Assembly (NCBI GenBank): GCA_963663475.2
Contig: CAXXJV010000001.1
Coordinates: forward strand, 1,280,001 to 1,344,000
Length of the DNA: 64,000 nt
From: Candidatus Cloacimonadales bacterium
Lineage (GTDB): Bacteria > Cloacimonadota > Cloacimonadia > Cloacimonadales > JAFGVF01
Direction of reading: 5' to 3'
Shown: one piece after another, positions 19,256 through 28,900 of the stretch
Layout: the number at the start of each line of letters is the position of its first letter
Position numbering within the stretch: the stretch's first letter is position 1
Translations under genes and position numbers: made by a program
The notes under the pieces: model-generated
What the model saw: only the letters and a program-made list of their open reading frames with translations
What the model was told of the DNA's origin: nothing
Database searches by the model: none

Positions 19256-20203
19256 CTATCTAAAAAGAATACTTAATGATTCTTCAATATGTATTTTCTT
19301 AATTGCTATTGCTAACATTTCAGCAATAGATAACTGTTCAACTTTTGAACAGGCTCTTTTTGTCTCGTCTAAAGGCACTGTATTAGTAATAAATAATTTC
19401 TCAATAGGTGAGTCTTCTAATCTCTGGATTGCAGGACCAGAAAGAATACCATGTGAGCAGGCAGCAAAAATTCTAGTTGCTCCATTCTTTTGCAAAGCAT
19501 GAGCAACTTTTGTTAAACTACCACCTGTATCAATAATGTCGTCAAATAAGATAGCTGTCTTTCCTTCAACATTACCAATAATATTTAATAATTCTGCTGA
19601 ATCATTGTTGCCACTTCTTCTTTTATCACCAATAGCTAAATCACACTTTAACCTTTGAGCAAAAGCCCTAGCTCGATTAGCTCCACCTGAATCAGGAGAA
19701 ACAACCACAAGCTCGTTAGGATCTGCTATAGACTTAAAATGTCTAGCAAAGGTTGTCATAGAAAAAAGGTGGTCAACTGGGATGTTAAAGAATCCTTGAA
19801 TTTGATCTGCGTGCAAATCAATTGTGATGATTCTATGAGCTCCAGCTACTGTAAGTAAATCTGCTACTAATTTAGCTGTAACAGGCACTCTTGGTTGATC
19901 TTTTTTATCTGAGCGAGCATAGCCATAATAAGGAATTACACAAGTAATTCTTTGGGCTGAAGCTCTTTTAAAAGCATCAATCATGACTAATAATTCAACT
20001 AAGTTATCGTTAACTGGATAACAAGTTGGTTGAATTATAAAGACATCTGCACCTCTTACATTATCATTAATCTTAACAAAAGATTCATCATTAGCAAATT
20101 TAAAAACTTCTACATCTCCTAAGGGTATCCCGGCAAAATCAGCTACCTCTTTTGCTAATGGACGGTTTGCGTTTCCTGAAAATATCTTTAATCTTGAAAA
20201 CAT
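19256..20203 (-). CDS. prs: Ribose-phosphate pyrophosphokinase
   Basis: IFSGNAN, PYYGYARSD, DLHADQIQGFF, VSPDSGG, DDIIDTGG; start probably MFSR at 20203. Confidence 0.97.
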   Translation of the reverse strand: MFSRLKIFSGNANRPLAKEVADFAGIPLGDVEVFKFANDESFVKINDNVRGADVFIIQPTCYPVNDNLVELLVMIDAFKRASAQRITCVIPYYGYARSDKKDQPRVPVTAKLVADLLTVAGAHRIITIDLHADQIQGFFNIPVDHLFSMTTFARHFKSIADPNELVVVSPDSGGANRARAFAQRLKCDLAIGDKRRSGNNDSAELLNIIGNVEGKTAILFDDIIDTGGSLTKVAHALQKNGATRIFAACSHGILSGPAIQRLEDSPIEKLFITNTVPLDETKRACSKVEQLSIAEMLAIAIKKIHIEESLSILFR

Positions 20204-20217
20204 TTTTAACTTCCCAT

Positions 20218-21057
20218 TTATATTGTTTTTGTAATTTTCGTCCAATATCCTTGTTTTGTAAAATAATCATAAGATTGATTTAAAAGTTCAGCTGATGTAT
20301 ATATCCCATAACAGGTTGAACCTGAACCAGACATTTGGGCTTTGACAGCTCCTTTATCTTTTAGTTCATCTATTATTCTTCCAATTTCAGGATATTTAAT
20401 AATAATACCAGTTTGTAAGTCGTTAAATATTAGTTTTAAGTCTCTTGTTTCTAAAAATTTATTAAAATTATTATTTATTTTTCTTGTTTTAATTTCTTCA
20501 TAAGCTTCTTTACTAGAAATACCAAATTGAGGTTTTACTAAGAGAATATAATTTATCTGAATAGGATCAATTCTTTCAATAATTTCACCCCTATTGGAAC
20601 CGCAAGCAGATCCACCTTCTAGAAAGAAGTTTATATCACTTCCAAATTTTGCAGCAAGGCTATGCATGTCAGACTTAGTCATATTTAATGACCATAAGCT
20701 GTTTAAGGCTTTAATAGCATTGGCTGCGTTACTAGATCCTCCGCCTAAACCAGCAGCTAGAGGAATCTCTTTATTTAACTCAATTTTTACACCACTATTA
20801 ACACTATATTTATCTTTCAAATAAGTTGCAACTTTATGAATTAGATTCTTTTCTCCACAAAGTTGGTCTATATTTGACCAAACTTCAATTTCCTTACTTT
20901 TTGTCAAAGAATATTTTAGATTATCATGTAAATCAATCTCGCTGAATAGTGTTCTTATTTTATTATAGCCACTATTCAGCAGAGATTCAACATTTAATAC
21001 TAGGTTAATTTTTGCGTAAGAAAGAGAAAATATTTCTTGATTTTTTCTTATGTTCAT
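20218..21057 (-). CDS. ispE: 4-diphosphocytidyl-2-C-methyl-D-erythritol kinase
   Basis: AKINL, IPLAAGLGGGSSNAA, GSDI.FF, MSGSGS; start probably ATG 21057, overlapping the wzc 3' end. Confidence 0.93.
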   Translation of the reverse strand: MNIRKNQEIFSLSYAKINLVLNVESLLNSGYNKIRTLFSEIDLHDNLKYSLTKSKEIEVWSNIDQLCGEKNLIHKVATYLKDKYSVNSGVKIELNKEIPLAAGLGGGSSNAANAIKALNSLWSLNMTKSDMHSLAAKFGSDINFFLEGGSACGSNRGEIIERIDPIQINYILLVKPQFGISSKEAYEEIKTRKINNNFNKFLETRDLKLIFNDLQTGIIIKYPEIGRIIDELKDKGAVKAQMSGSGSTCYGIYTSAELLNQSYDYFTKQGYWTKITKTI

Positions 21058-23509
21058 TTTGACCATAATAATAGTAATAGTAATAATAGTAATATTTATG
21101 TCTGTTATAGTACTTTTGTACTTTGATACCATTGACAATAAATCCATCTACTTTTTTATCTACATTAGCAAGTATTTCATTAGCTCTGGTTAAGACAGCT
21201 TTTTCTGTGAAAGCAACTCTTAAAACAAGTAATAATTTATCAACTTTTTTAGACATAATAATAGCATCAGTAACAGCAATTACAGGAGGTGAATCAAATA
21301 TAACATAATCATAGATGCTTTCTAATTCACGAATAAACTGATCCATACGTTCAGAAGATAAAAGCTCTGAAGGGTTTGGTGGAATAAATCCTGAAGTAAC
21401 AACATCAAGGTTAGGAATTCCAGATTTTTTAACTACATCTTCAACTAGTAAGGTATCATCAATCAAATAATCACTTGAACCATTATCCTTTTTTAAACCA
21501 AACTTTGTATGGATAGTTGGTCTTCTCATATCAATATCTACAATAACAACCTTATTGTTCATCTGAGCAAGTGTGATAGCAAGGTTTGAAGAGGTAGTTG
21601 ATTTACCTTCTTTAGGTGCAGATGAAGTAACTAAGATACTCATAGAACCAGGTTGCTTATTGGCAATAATATTTGTTCTTAATGAACGATAAGATTCTGC
21701 TATAGGTGATTTAGGTGAGTAATGGGATATTAGCTGGCCAGTTATGTGAGTAAGTGATTGCTGAAGCTTTGGCCTCTGTTCAGCAGAAGACTGGCTAATC
21801 ATATTATTCAATTCATCTAGTTCACCACTGGGTAGATCTATAAGCGGGATAGTACCGTAGATTGGACTATTGACTTGATTTTCAATATCTTCAACAGTTC
21901 TGAGTTTAGTATCTAAAGAATGAGCTAAGAAGGCTGAACCGATACCAAGTCCTAAACCAAGAATTACACCTATAAGATAATTCATCATTTTTTTAGGTTT
22001 AATTGGCTTGTTAGGAACTCCTGCTACTTCTAGGATTCGAACGTTACCTATTTGAGAAATTTCAGCAATCTTTGCATCTTCATATTTTTCAGTAATGATA
22101 GTATGAATCTTTTCATTGAAAAGCTTATCTCTAGTCAATTTTGAAAGTTCTAGCTCTTGGTCAGGAAGTCTATCCATTTCTTCTTGATAATACTGAACAG
22201 TTTCTCTTAAACCAACTAGTTTAGATGAAACTATTTCGTATTCACTTTCAACATTAGCTAATCTTTCAATTAGTTGTGACCTATATGAGAAAGGATCTTG
22301 CAAAGTATTTACTCTTACAGTCTCTGTAATTTTAGCTTTAAGTTCTCTTTTTAAATTGGAGAGCTCTTCATTTAAATTTACCAGTTCAGGATGGTCTTCT
22401 TGATAATTAGATTTAGATGATAGAACAATTAAGTATCTCTCTTTAGTAACAATTTCAGATATCAAGTTATTAATTAATGAATTGTTTAAAATATTATCTA
22501 TAGAAACAGTATCTCTTACACTAGCTTGAGGCTCATCATACCCAGCAATTAAGAAATCTTCATCTACTTCTTCTCCAAAGAGATTCTGGGCTTTTGCCTC
22601 TTCAAGTTGATCTTCATTACTTTTCTTAGCAGAAGAATCTTGATAGGCTCTAGTTAAGTCTCTGTCTTTAATATATAAATCATTAAGAATGATATTTTGA
22701 TTAGTTATCTTACGTTGAAGTATCTGAATTTCAGTGGCTTTAAGTAATGAATCGGTCATAGCTGTATGCATATCTGCTTCAAAAGTACCAGCCTGTTCAA
22801 CAAGTTTTTGTGAAGCAGGGGAAAGCTCAGATATTTGATTAGCTTTTTTAAAGTCTCGTAACTGTTGTTCTGAATTCTCTAAGAAAGATTTTGTTTCCTT
22901 AACTCTTTCTTCCAAGAACTCTCTTATCTGGGTAAATTCTAATCTAGCATAACGTGTTGTTTCTTCTTGGAAAGCAATTTCCAATGCATTTATAGCTTCA
23001 GCACATTCAGCAGGAGATTCAGATTCATAACTTAAAGTAAGGACATCTGTTTCCCTGATTGATTCAATTTTAAATCTTCCTTTCATCGCTCCTGCAATTG
23101 ATCTAATATATCTATCGTATAAGGGACTCGATTTGGCAATATTAGAAGAAGGTAAGGAGAATTGGTTGAAGTTATTTGACTGAACAAGTTTTTGGGCAGC
23201 ACTAACCATAACTGGTGTACTCTGTATAATTTGAATATTATTATTTAAGCTTGTTTTATTGTTTCCCATAGATCCTAGCATTAGGAGCTCAGAACCACCC
23301 TTATTTTCTTCTAAGAGAATTTTACCACCAGCTGAATAAATTCTTGGTTGTTTGGAAGTGTAGTAGTAGGAACCAATGGCAACAATGGCAAAAATAAAGA
23401 ATACTAAGAACTTGAATCTATAGATTATTGCCAAATAATCAGATATTTTAATTTCATCTTCAAAGATGTTACCGCTTTTTTGTTGATAGTTTGAGTTATT
23501 ATTATCCAT
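21005..23509 (-). CDS. wzc: Wzc-type polysaccharide co-polymerase / BY tyrosine autokinase
   Basis: Wzz-like N-terminal TM, coiled-coil periplasmic part, PIKP + TM2, AESYRSLRTN, TSSAPKEGKST, DIDMRRP, FDSPP, C-terminal Tyr cluster. Confidence 0.92.
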   Translation of the reverse strand: MDNNNSNYQQKSGNIFEDEIKISDYLAIIYRFKFLVFFIFAIVAIGSYYYTSKQPRIYSAGGKILLEENKGGSELLMLGSMGNNKTSLNNNIQIIQSTPVMVSAAQKLVQSNNFNQFSLPSSNIAKSSPLYDRYIRSIAGAMKGRFKIESIRETDVLTLSYESESPAECAEAINALEIAFQEETTRYARLEFTQIREFLEERVKETKSFLENSEQQLRDFKKANQISELSPASQKLVEQAGTFEADMHTAMTDSLLKATEIQILQRKITNQNIILNDLYIKDRDLTRAYQDSSAKKSNEDQLEEAKAQNLFGEEVDEDFLIAGYDEPQASVRDTVSIDNILNNSLINNLISEIVTKERYLIVLSSKSNYQEDHPELVNLNEELSNLKRELKAKITETVRVNTLQDPFSYRSQLIERLANVESEYEIVSSKLVGLRETVQYYQEEMDRLPDQELELSKLTRDKLFNEKIHTIITEKYEDAKIAEISQIGNVRILEVAGVPNKPIKPKKMMNYLIGVILGLGLGIGSAFLAHSLDTKLRTVEDIENQVNSPIYGTIPLIDLPSGELDELNNMISQSSAEQRPKLQQSLTHITGQLISHYSPKSPIAESYRSLRTNIIANKQPGSMSILVTSSAPKEGKSTTSSNLAITLAQMNNKVVIVDIDMRRPTIHTKFGLKKDNGSSDYLIDDTLLVEDVVKKSGIPNLDVVTSGFIPPNPSELLSSERMDQFIRELESIYDYVIFDSPPVIAVTDAIIMSKKVDKLLLVLRVAFTEKAVLTRANEILANVDKKVDGFIVNGIKVQKYYNRHKYYYYYYYYYYGQNEHKKKSRNIFSFLRKN

Positions 23510-23519
23510 GAATCCTCTC

Positions 23520-23999
23520 TTATAGTTTTAGAATTGTGATATAGACTGATAAGATGATACCTATTTCAGACATAAATTTAACAAAGTCTTTAAATTTACG
23601 ATAGAAGGTACCTCTTACAATTACAGTGTCACCAGGTTTTAGGGTAACATTATACTCTTTATCGCCACTATTAAGATAAGATTCTAAATCAATTGATATA
23701 GTTTCTTCTTGTTCTCCATAAGAGCGAACAATTCTAATATCTTGAAGGCGAGCATCATCAGATGGCCCCCCAGCCAAAGCTATTAAAGTTAAAATATCAG
23801 TATTATCCGGTACTAGATATAGGCCCGGACTCTTAACTTCGCCCCAAATGTAGGCATTGATTTTAAGCTGTTCTTGGTCTCCTCTGGCACCAGAAAATGA
23901 GTATGCTGATGCATTGTTAATACCAGAAGAAACAGTGTCTTGTGCAGCAATAGATAAACTAAACAAGACCAAAGTAATTATAATTAATAATCGTCTCAC
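23520..23999 (-). CDS. SLBB-domain protein (Wza/polysaccharide-export-like, short)
   Basis: Signal peptide; WGEVKSPGLY, LIALAGG, LKPGDTVIV; C-terminal amphipathic/hydrophobic helix; GTG start. Confidence 0.8.
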   Translation of the reverse strand: MRRLLIIITLVLFSLSIAAQDTVSSGINNASAYSFSGARGDQEQLKINAYIWGEVKSPGLYLVPDNTDILTLIALAGGPSDDARLQDIRIVRSYGEQEETISIDLESYLNSGDKEYNVTLKPGDTVIVRGTFYRKFKDFVKFMSEIGIILSVYITILKL

Positions 24000-24067
24000 A
24001 AGAGCCCCTTTATATGTTTTTTTACAATTAATTATTAAATCTAATATAAGTCAAGATTATTCTTGCT

Positions 24068-24901
24068 TCAATCTCTATTTATTAGGAATGAACTAATTTC
24101 AGATTCTGAGCCATAATAGAAGCTTCTATTCTCATCTGAATCACCATAATAAAAATCATCTAATTCGTAATCATACTTGAATACATCAACTCGCCAGTAA
24201 TATTCTCCATCAGCAAGTTGTCCTCCATTATAGTTAGCAGAAGAATCATCTTGTAAGTTTTCATCAGGGGCATCTATAAGAATATCCTTAAACCAGATGA
24301 GGCCAGATTCATTACTGTATAATAAAACACGATAAAAGTCGTAATTATTCGAATCATTCCAGTCAAAGACAAGATTTGATGAGCTAGTTAGGGTTTGACC
24401 GTTGAAGGGTGAGATAGGGTAGACCTTTTCTGCTAGCCTGTAGTGAACAGTATCTGAACGAGTTGAATTACCAGCTCTATCAAAAACGTCTATAAAGAAA
24501 GAAAATTTGTTCTCATGAAGATAATCAGCTGATATGCTATTATCAATATAAGTATTATTTTCAGCAGTAATAGAATCCACCAGCACTATGTTATCAATAT
24601 CATTATTCATATAACGGTGAATAATAATTTTTTCTAAGTCATTATCATAGATAAGTGGTTCCCACATTAGGCGGAAACCTCTATTTCCACTGTCTGCATC
24701 AATACCATTGTTATCATCATCTAGAAAAATCTCATCATTATTATAGCTAATAGTACCGTCACCTGTATCTCCTAAATGGGGAACAAGTATAGGTTTGGTG
24801 GGTGCTATAGTATCTTTTTCTATTTCATCATCCCCGCTACATCCAAGCATACTAATAGCAAGTGCTAGAAGTAATCCTAGTAGTAAAAACTCTCTTCTCA
24901 T
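24068..24901 (-). CDS. Hypothetical lipoprotein with Ig/FN3-like folds
   Basis: Lipobox MLGC followed by acidic SGDDE; DRAGN and YYWRV beta-sandwich motifs. Confidence 0.7.
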   Translation of the reverse strand: MRREFLLLGLLLALAISMLGCSGDDEIEKDTIAPTKPILVPHLGDTGDGTISYNNDEIFLDDDNNGIDADSGNRGFRLMWEPLIYDNDLEKIIIHRYMNNDIDNIVLVDSITAENNTYIDNSISADYLHENKFSFFIDVFDRAGNSTRSDTVHYRLAEKVYPISPFNGQTLTSSSNLVFDWNDSNNYDFYRVLLYSNESGLIWFKDILIDAPDENLQDDSSANYNGGQLADGEYYWRVDVFKYDYELDDFYYGDSDENRSFYYGSESEISSFLINRD

Positions 24902-24910
24902 ATATTTCTC

Positions 24911-25918
24911 CTAAAAAGTAAAGCTTAGTCCGATTCTGTTAGTATTGCCTAAGTTATTAGTAACAAAGGCATAATCAATATTAAAGTTATAAATGCTAAG
25001 ACCTAGACCTGTTGAGTAGTCTCCTTGAGTATATCCAGCTCGGACAGCTACTCTGTTATCGTAGTTAAATTCTCCACCAAAGTGGACTGGTTCGTCATAG
25101 ACATAATCTTGGTCAATAGCAAGAATTAAGTTTGAATTAATAAAAGGAAGGGGTTGCTCAATAGCTACACCCATTTTAGTATTCATAAGAATTTGGTCAA
25201 CACGGTCTGAACGAGAATCCCATTTGATATCAGTATCACCAAGGTCCATAAAGTTAATTCCGTATTTAATCTTTCCTAGATAATCTCTATTGAAGACATA
25301 AGACATGTCTGTAGAAGCTAAGAGTGATAAGTCAAAGCCAGTACCAGTACCCATGTTTTTATATAGTTTTCTTCTAATAAACTTAAGATTACCACCTGCA
25401 TATAGGTCAATTGGCATTTCAAAGAACTTCCAACCTAGGTCAATATCAAAGTGAATATGCTTACTAAATCCTAACTGAAAGAGGTCATCTGTACTTTTAA
25501 AAGTACTAGAAGCCTGTCCTGGTAAATGCAAAGCAGGATTTGCTACTCTTTGGTCAACATTACTTCCCACAAGATATTCTTCTGAAAAATAAGGAATCTC
25601 ATCAATAGTCAAACGGGTCCAGTTAATACCAATAGTAGCATTGTTAGGTAGGGGTTGGCAAAAGACAACATTATCATAACTAGCAATATTATCATAAAGA
25701 AAAGCATGCATAGCAAAGATTTGTCCCTGCTTTATCTGACCAATTCCAGCAGTATTCCAGTAGATAGCATTAGCATCATCAGCAATAGCACTGTAGGCTC
25801 TACCCATAGAAATAGCTCTAACTCCACCACCAATAGCTAAAAAATCACCAGCATATCTTCCTGCAAAGAGATTGATTGCTACTAGAACTATGATTATTGT
25901 TATATATAATTTTTTCAT
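24911..25918 (-). CDS. PorV/PorQ-family (UPF0164/FadL-like) outer-membrane beta-barrel
   Basis: FLAIGGGVRAISMG.A..AIADDANAIYWN.AG N-terminal signature; RAGY, IDYAF, C-terminal F. Confidence 0.8.
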   Translation of the reverse strand: MKKLYITIIIVLVAINLFAGRYAGDFLAIGGGVRAISMGRAYSAIADDANAIYWNTAGIGQIKQGQIFAMHAFLYDNIASYDNVVFCQPLPNNATIGINWTRLTIDEIPYFSEEYLVGSNVDQRVANPALHLPGQASSTFKSTDDLFQLGFSKHIHFDIDLGWKFFEMPIDLYAGGNLKFIRRKLYKNMGTGTGFDLSLLASTDMSYVFNRDYLGKIKYGINFMDLGDTDIKWDSRSDRVDQILMNTKMGVAIEQPLPFINSNLILAIDQDYVYDEPVHFGGEFNYDNRVAVRAGYTQGDYSTGLGLSIYNFNIDYAFVTNNLGNTNRIGLSFTF

Positions 25919-25926
25919 TTCTGCTC

Positions 25927-28900
25927 CTATTTGATGATTGCCATTTTCTGGATTTTCTCAACTTTCTTACTGCCTCTTTTGGCTATTACTTTATAGAAAT
26001 AAACTCCGTTTGCTAGGTCGAAACCAGCTTTATCTTTACAGTTCCATCCGTAAACACTTCTCGGATATTCATGATATCCTACAGAGGTTGGTAGGTTATT
26101 AAACTCCATTACCTTTCTTCCAGAAACACTATAGACAATAATATCAACATTATCAGCATCATCTGTCAGGGTGTAAGTAAAACGAGTTCTTCCATCATTC
26201 TCAGGTTCTCTTGCCTGAGCAACAACGGGGTTAGGATAGTTAGCAATATTAATAATATCAAAGGTAGTATTAACCTTAAAAGTAACATCAAGAGAGTTAA
26301 AATTACCACTAACATCTGTACAGTCAACAACTAGAGTATATTCTCCTCTAGGTAGATCTAGATGATATTTGATAGGAATGTTATTAATATTATTATCGTT
26401 CTGGGTAATTATTAAATCTTCTTCCTCTACTTGCTGTCCATTCAAATATAAGGCAAATCTATTTTCATCAACATCAATACCATTAGCATCAGATAAGACT
26501 AATGAGATTGTACCTTTACCTGAAATATATCCACCTTGGGTAAATTCTTGTTCTTGGACATTTGGGTCTATTTGAGGTAAAATATCATCTTTATTTCTAA
26601 GGATAGTGAACTTTCCTAACTTACTAACTCTTCCTCTAATAGTGCCATCATCTGTAGAAGTAAATCCACCTTGGTGAATCCACTTTTGATATCTATCTTC
26701 CCATCTAAAGAGTTTTATCTGATTATTATTGGCATAATAGTTAGTTAGAGAGTCTAGTTTAGCATACTTAATTTTAAGATCTAGTTCTCCATTAAGTAAT
26801 AGTCCAGTGGAATCAGCAATTTCACTATTTAGGCATGAGATGTCATAGACTCTTGATTCATGTCCTGAATCTACAAAAACAGTTTGCACATCAGGTTGTT
26901 GATAAGGTGATAGATAGTCAGTATGAGTAATATTATAGAGCATTTCAGTATTGCTGTAGCCAGCAGGTATTACTAGCTCAGTAGTTTTATCTGGACTTGT
27001 AACTTGTCCACCAAGATTACCAATTACTTGGTAATTCATAATATTTTCTATAGTATGGGTATTATTTGTCTGAGTAATTTCACTAAAGCTATTAGGATAG
27101 TTTATCCGTAAAGTGAAACGATAATTTCCAGCAGTATAATCCTCAATTGGTATTAGCAGTTGAGTCTCATCATTCATTGCAAGACCAGGAAGAATATTTT
27201 CGTATATCTGAATATTGTTAGATGATTCTAAATCAAGTCTGTCTAACTGGTAATTTGCTTCTTGAGAGTCATAATTACCTCTATTTTTTATGATATATTT
27301 TAAAGTTGGTATTCCTGACATATTAATTAACTCACCTGAAATTACTGCTAAATCAGGTCCTAAGACAATGTAATTATGTTGATTTGATGTTATCATTTCT
27401 TGGTCGCTTGTAAGTACTTGGATAGTATAGGTAATTTCTCTATCTGCACTATGCTGAGGAATTGCTAGACTACTAATATATTGATTCTCACTACCTGCTA
27501 CTAATTCCATTGGAATGCTAGTCCTATTTTTACTAGATGCAGAACTATAATCTAAAGTTACACTTTCTATCTCATTTTCAGTGATAATATTACAACTTAC
27601 CCTAACAGAATCAAAAACGCTTGGTTGAGCTGGTGAATGACTTATGTTGGCAAAATTAGAGTCACCAACACCCACTGTTTTTTCTCCGAAATATACAGCT
27701 TGTGAATCAAAACTCTCTACTCTTATTCGGTAAAACTGACCTTGGTCTGCTTCCTCTGGAATAAGATGTGTATGGTTATACTGGCCAGCAATAACTGGTA
27801 GATAATAGGCAATATTCTGGATTAAACCATCTTTATCTATCACATATAGCTTAGCTTTTTCCAAGCCTGGTATATCAGTGTTCATGCTTACCCGAATAGT
27901 ATCTCCAGGAGCATAGATTTCTTTATCAGTTGTTACTTCAAGTCTTTTCTTAGGTTTATGGATTGGAATATTAGGATCACCTATTAAGACGCAACCTGCA
28001 GTTAGAGCTACCCTTGCAGAACCACTAGCTTTAACATAGAATTTTGCTTTAGTATAATTTAAAACATCTCCTAGGTTATCTAATTCTGTCCTAAAATAAC
28101 CATCTGCTAAAGCTGTGCCAAAGATTAAGTCCTGATTAAGATAACCTAAACCAGAAAAACCAACAGTAGCAATAGCTCCTTTCCCAGGTTCTGATACGAA
28201 AGCTTCACTAATACAAGAAGCACCAGGGTAGTCAAAAGAAGAAGCATAACAGGCTAGACTAGAAACAAAAGGATAGTAATCATTATTTAAAGTTCTGATA
28301 TCATTAAAGTTTAGAAGATTATAGTCGGCCCAGATTCTACCACCACCATGTCCCATAAACTGCAAGAAATTAGTTCCTTGGTCAATATTATCCTTAAGCC
28401 TGAAAGTTGAACCATAATAGTTTGGATTAACAGTTTGGGTGGTTGTATATACTCTAGAAACACGGTAATCATTATTGATCATTCTTCTCCGGATAATTTC
28501 TTCCTGTTGGGAGAAAATATCATTACCATCATCTATTTTTCCACCTGCAGTTAAGGTAACATGTGCAGATCCCAAACTTTCATAATCTGTTTCTTTTATA
28601 TGAGAGTAGCTTTTTTGAGCAATATCACTAATCTGTTCAGCTTCCCAAACATTGATTCGAGATACAGCTATCTCAGCTATATGATCATCTCCTATTATAC
28701 AACCATACCAGTTGTCACTTGGAGTTACCCCATGTTTCCATGTCCAGATTTTTCTATAAGGAATAACATTATAAACTGCTGTTGGGGAATTGTCTGTAGT
28801 ATTATAAGTTGCGTCTCCAGCTAAAAGAACAGATCTTAATCTGGGATTAGACCAATTGTGATAGGCATAAGAAAGGAAATCTTTAATTGCATCAGCTGAG

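Noticed and set aside
21058-21147. Ile/Thr-rich N-terminal extension of IspE in the ORF track
   Set aside because: It is the alternative frame of the wzc poly-Tyr codons; IspE homology starts near AKINL.
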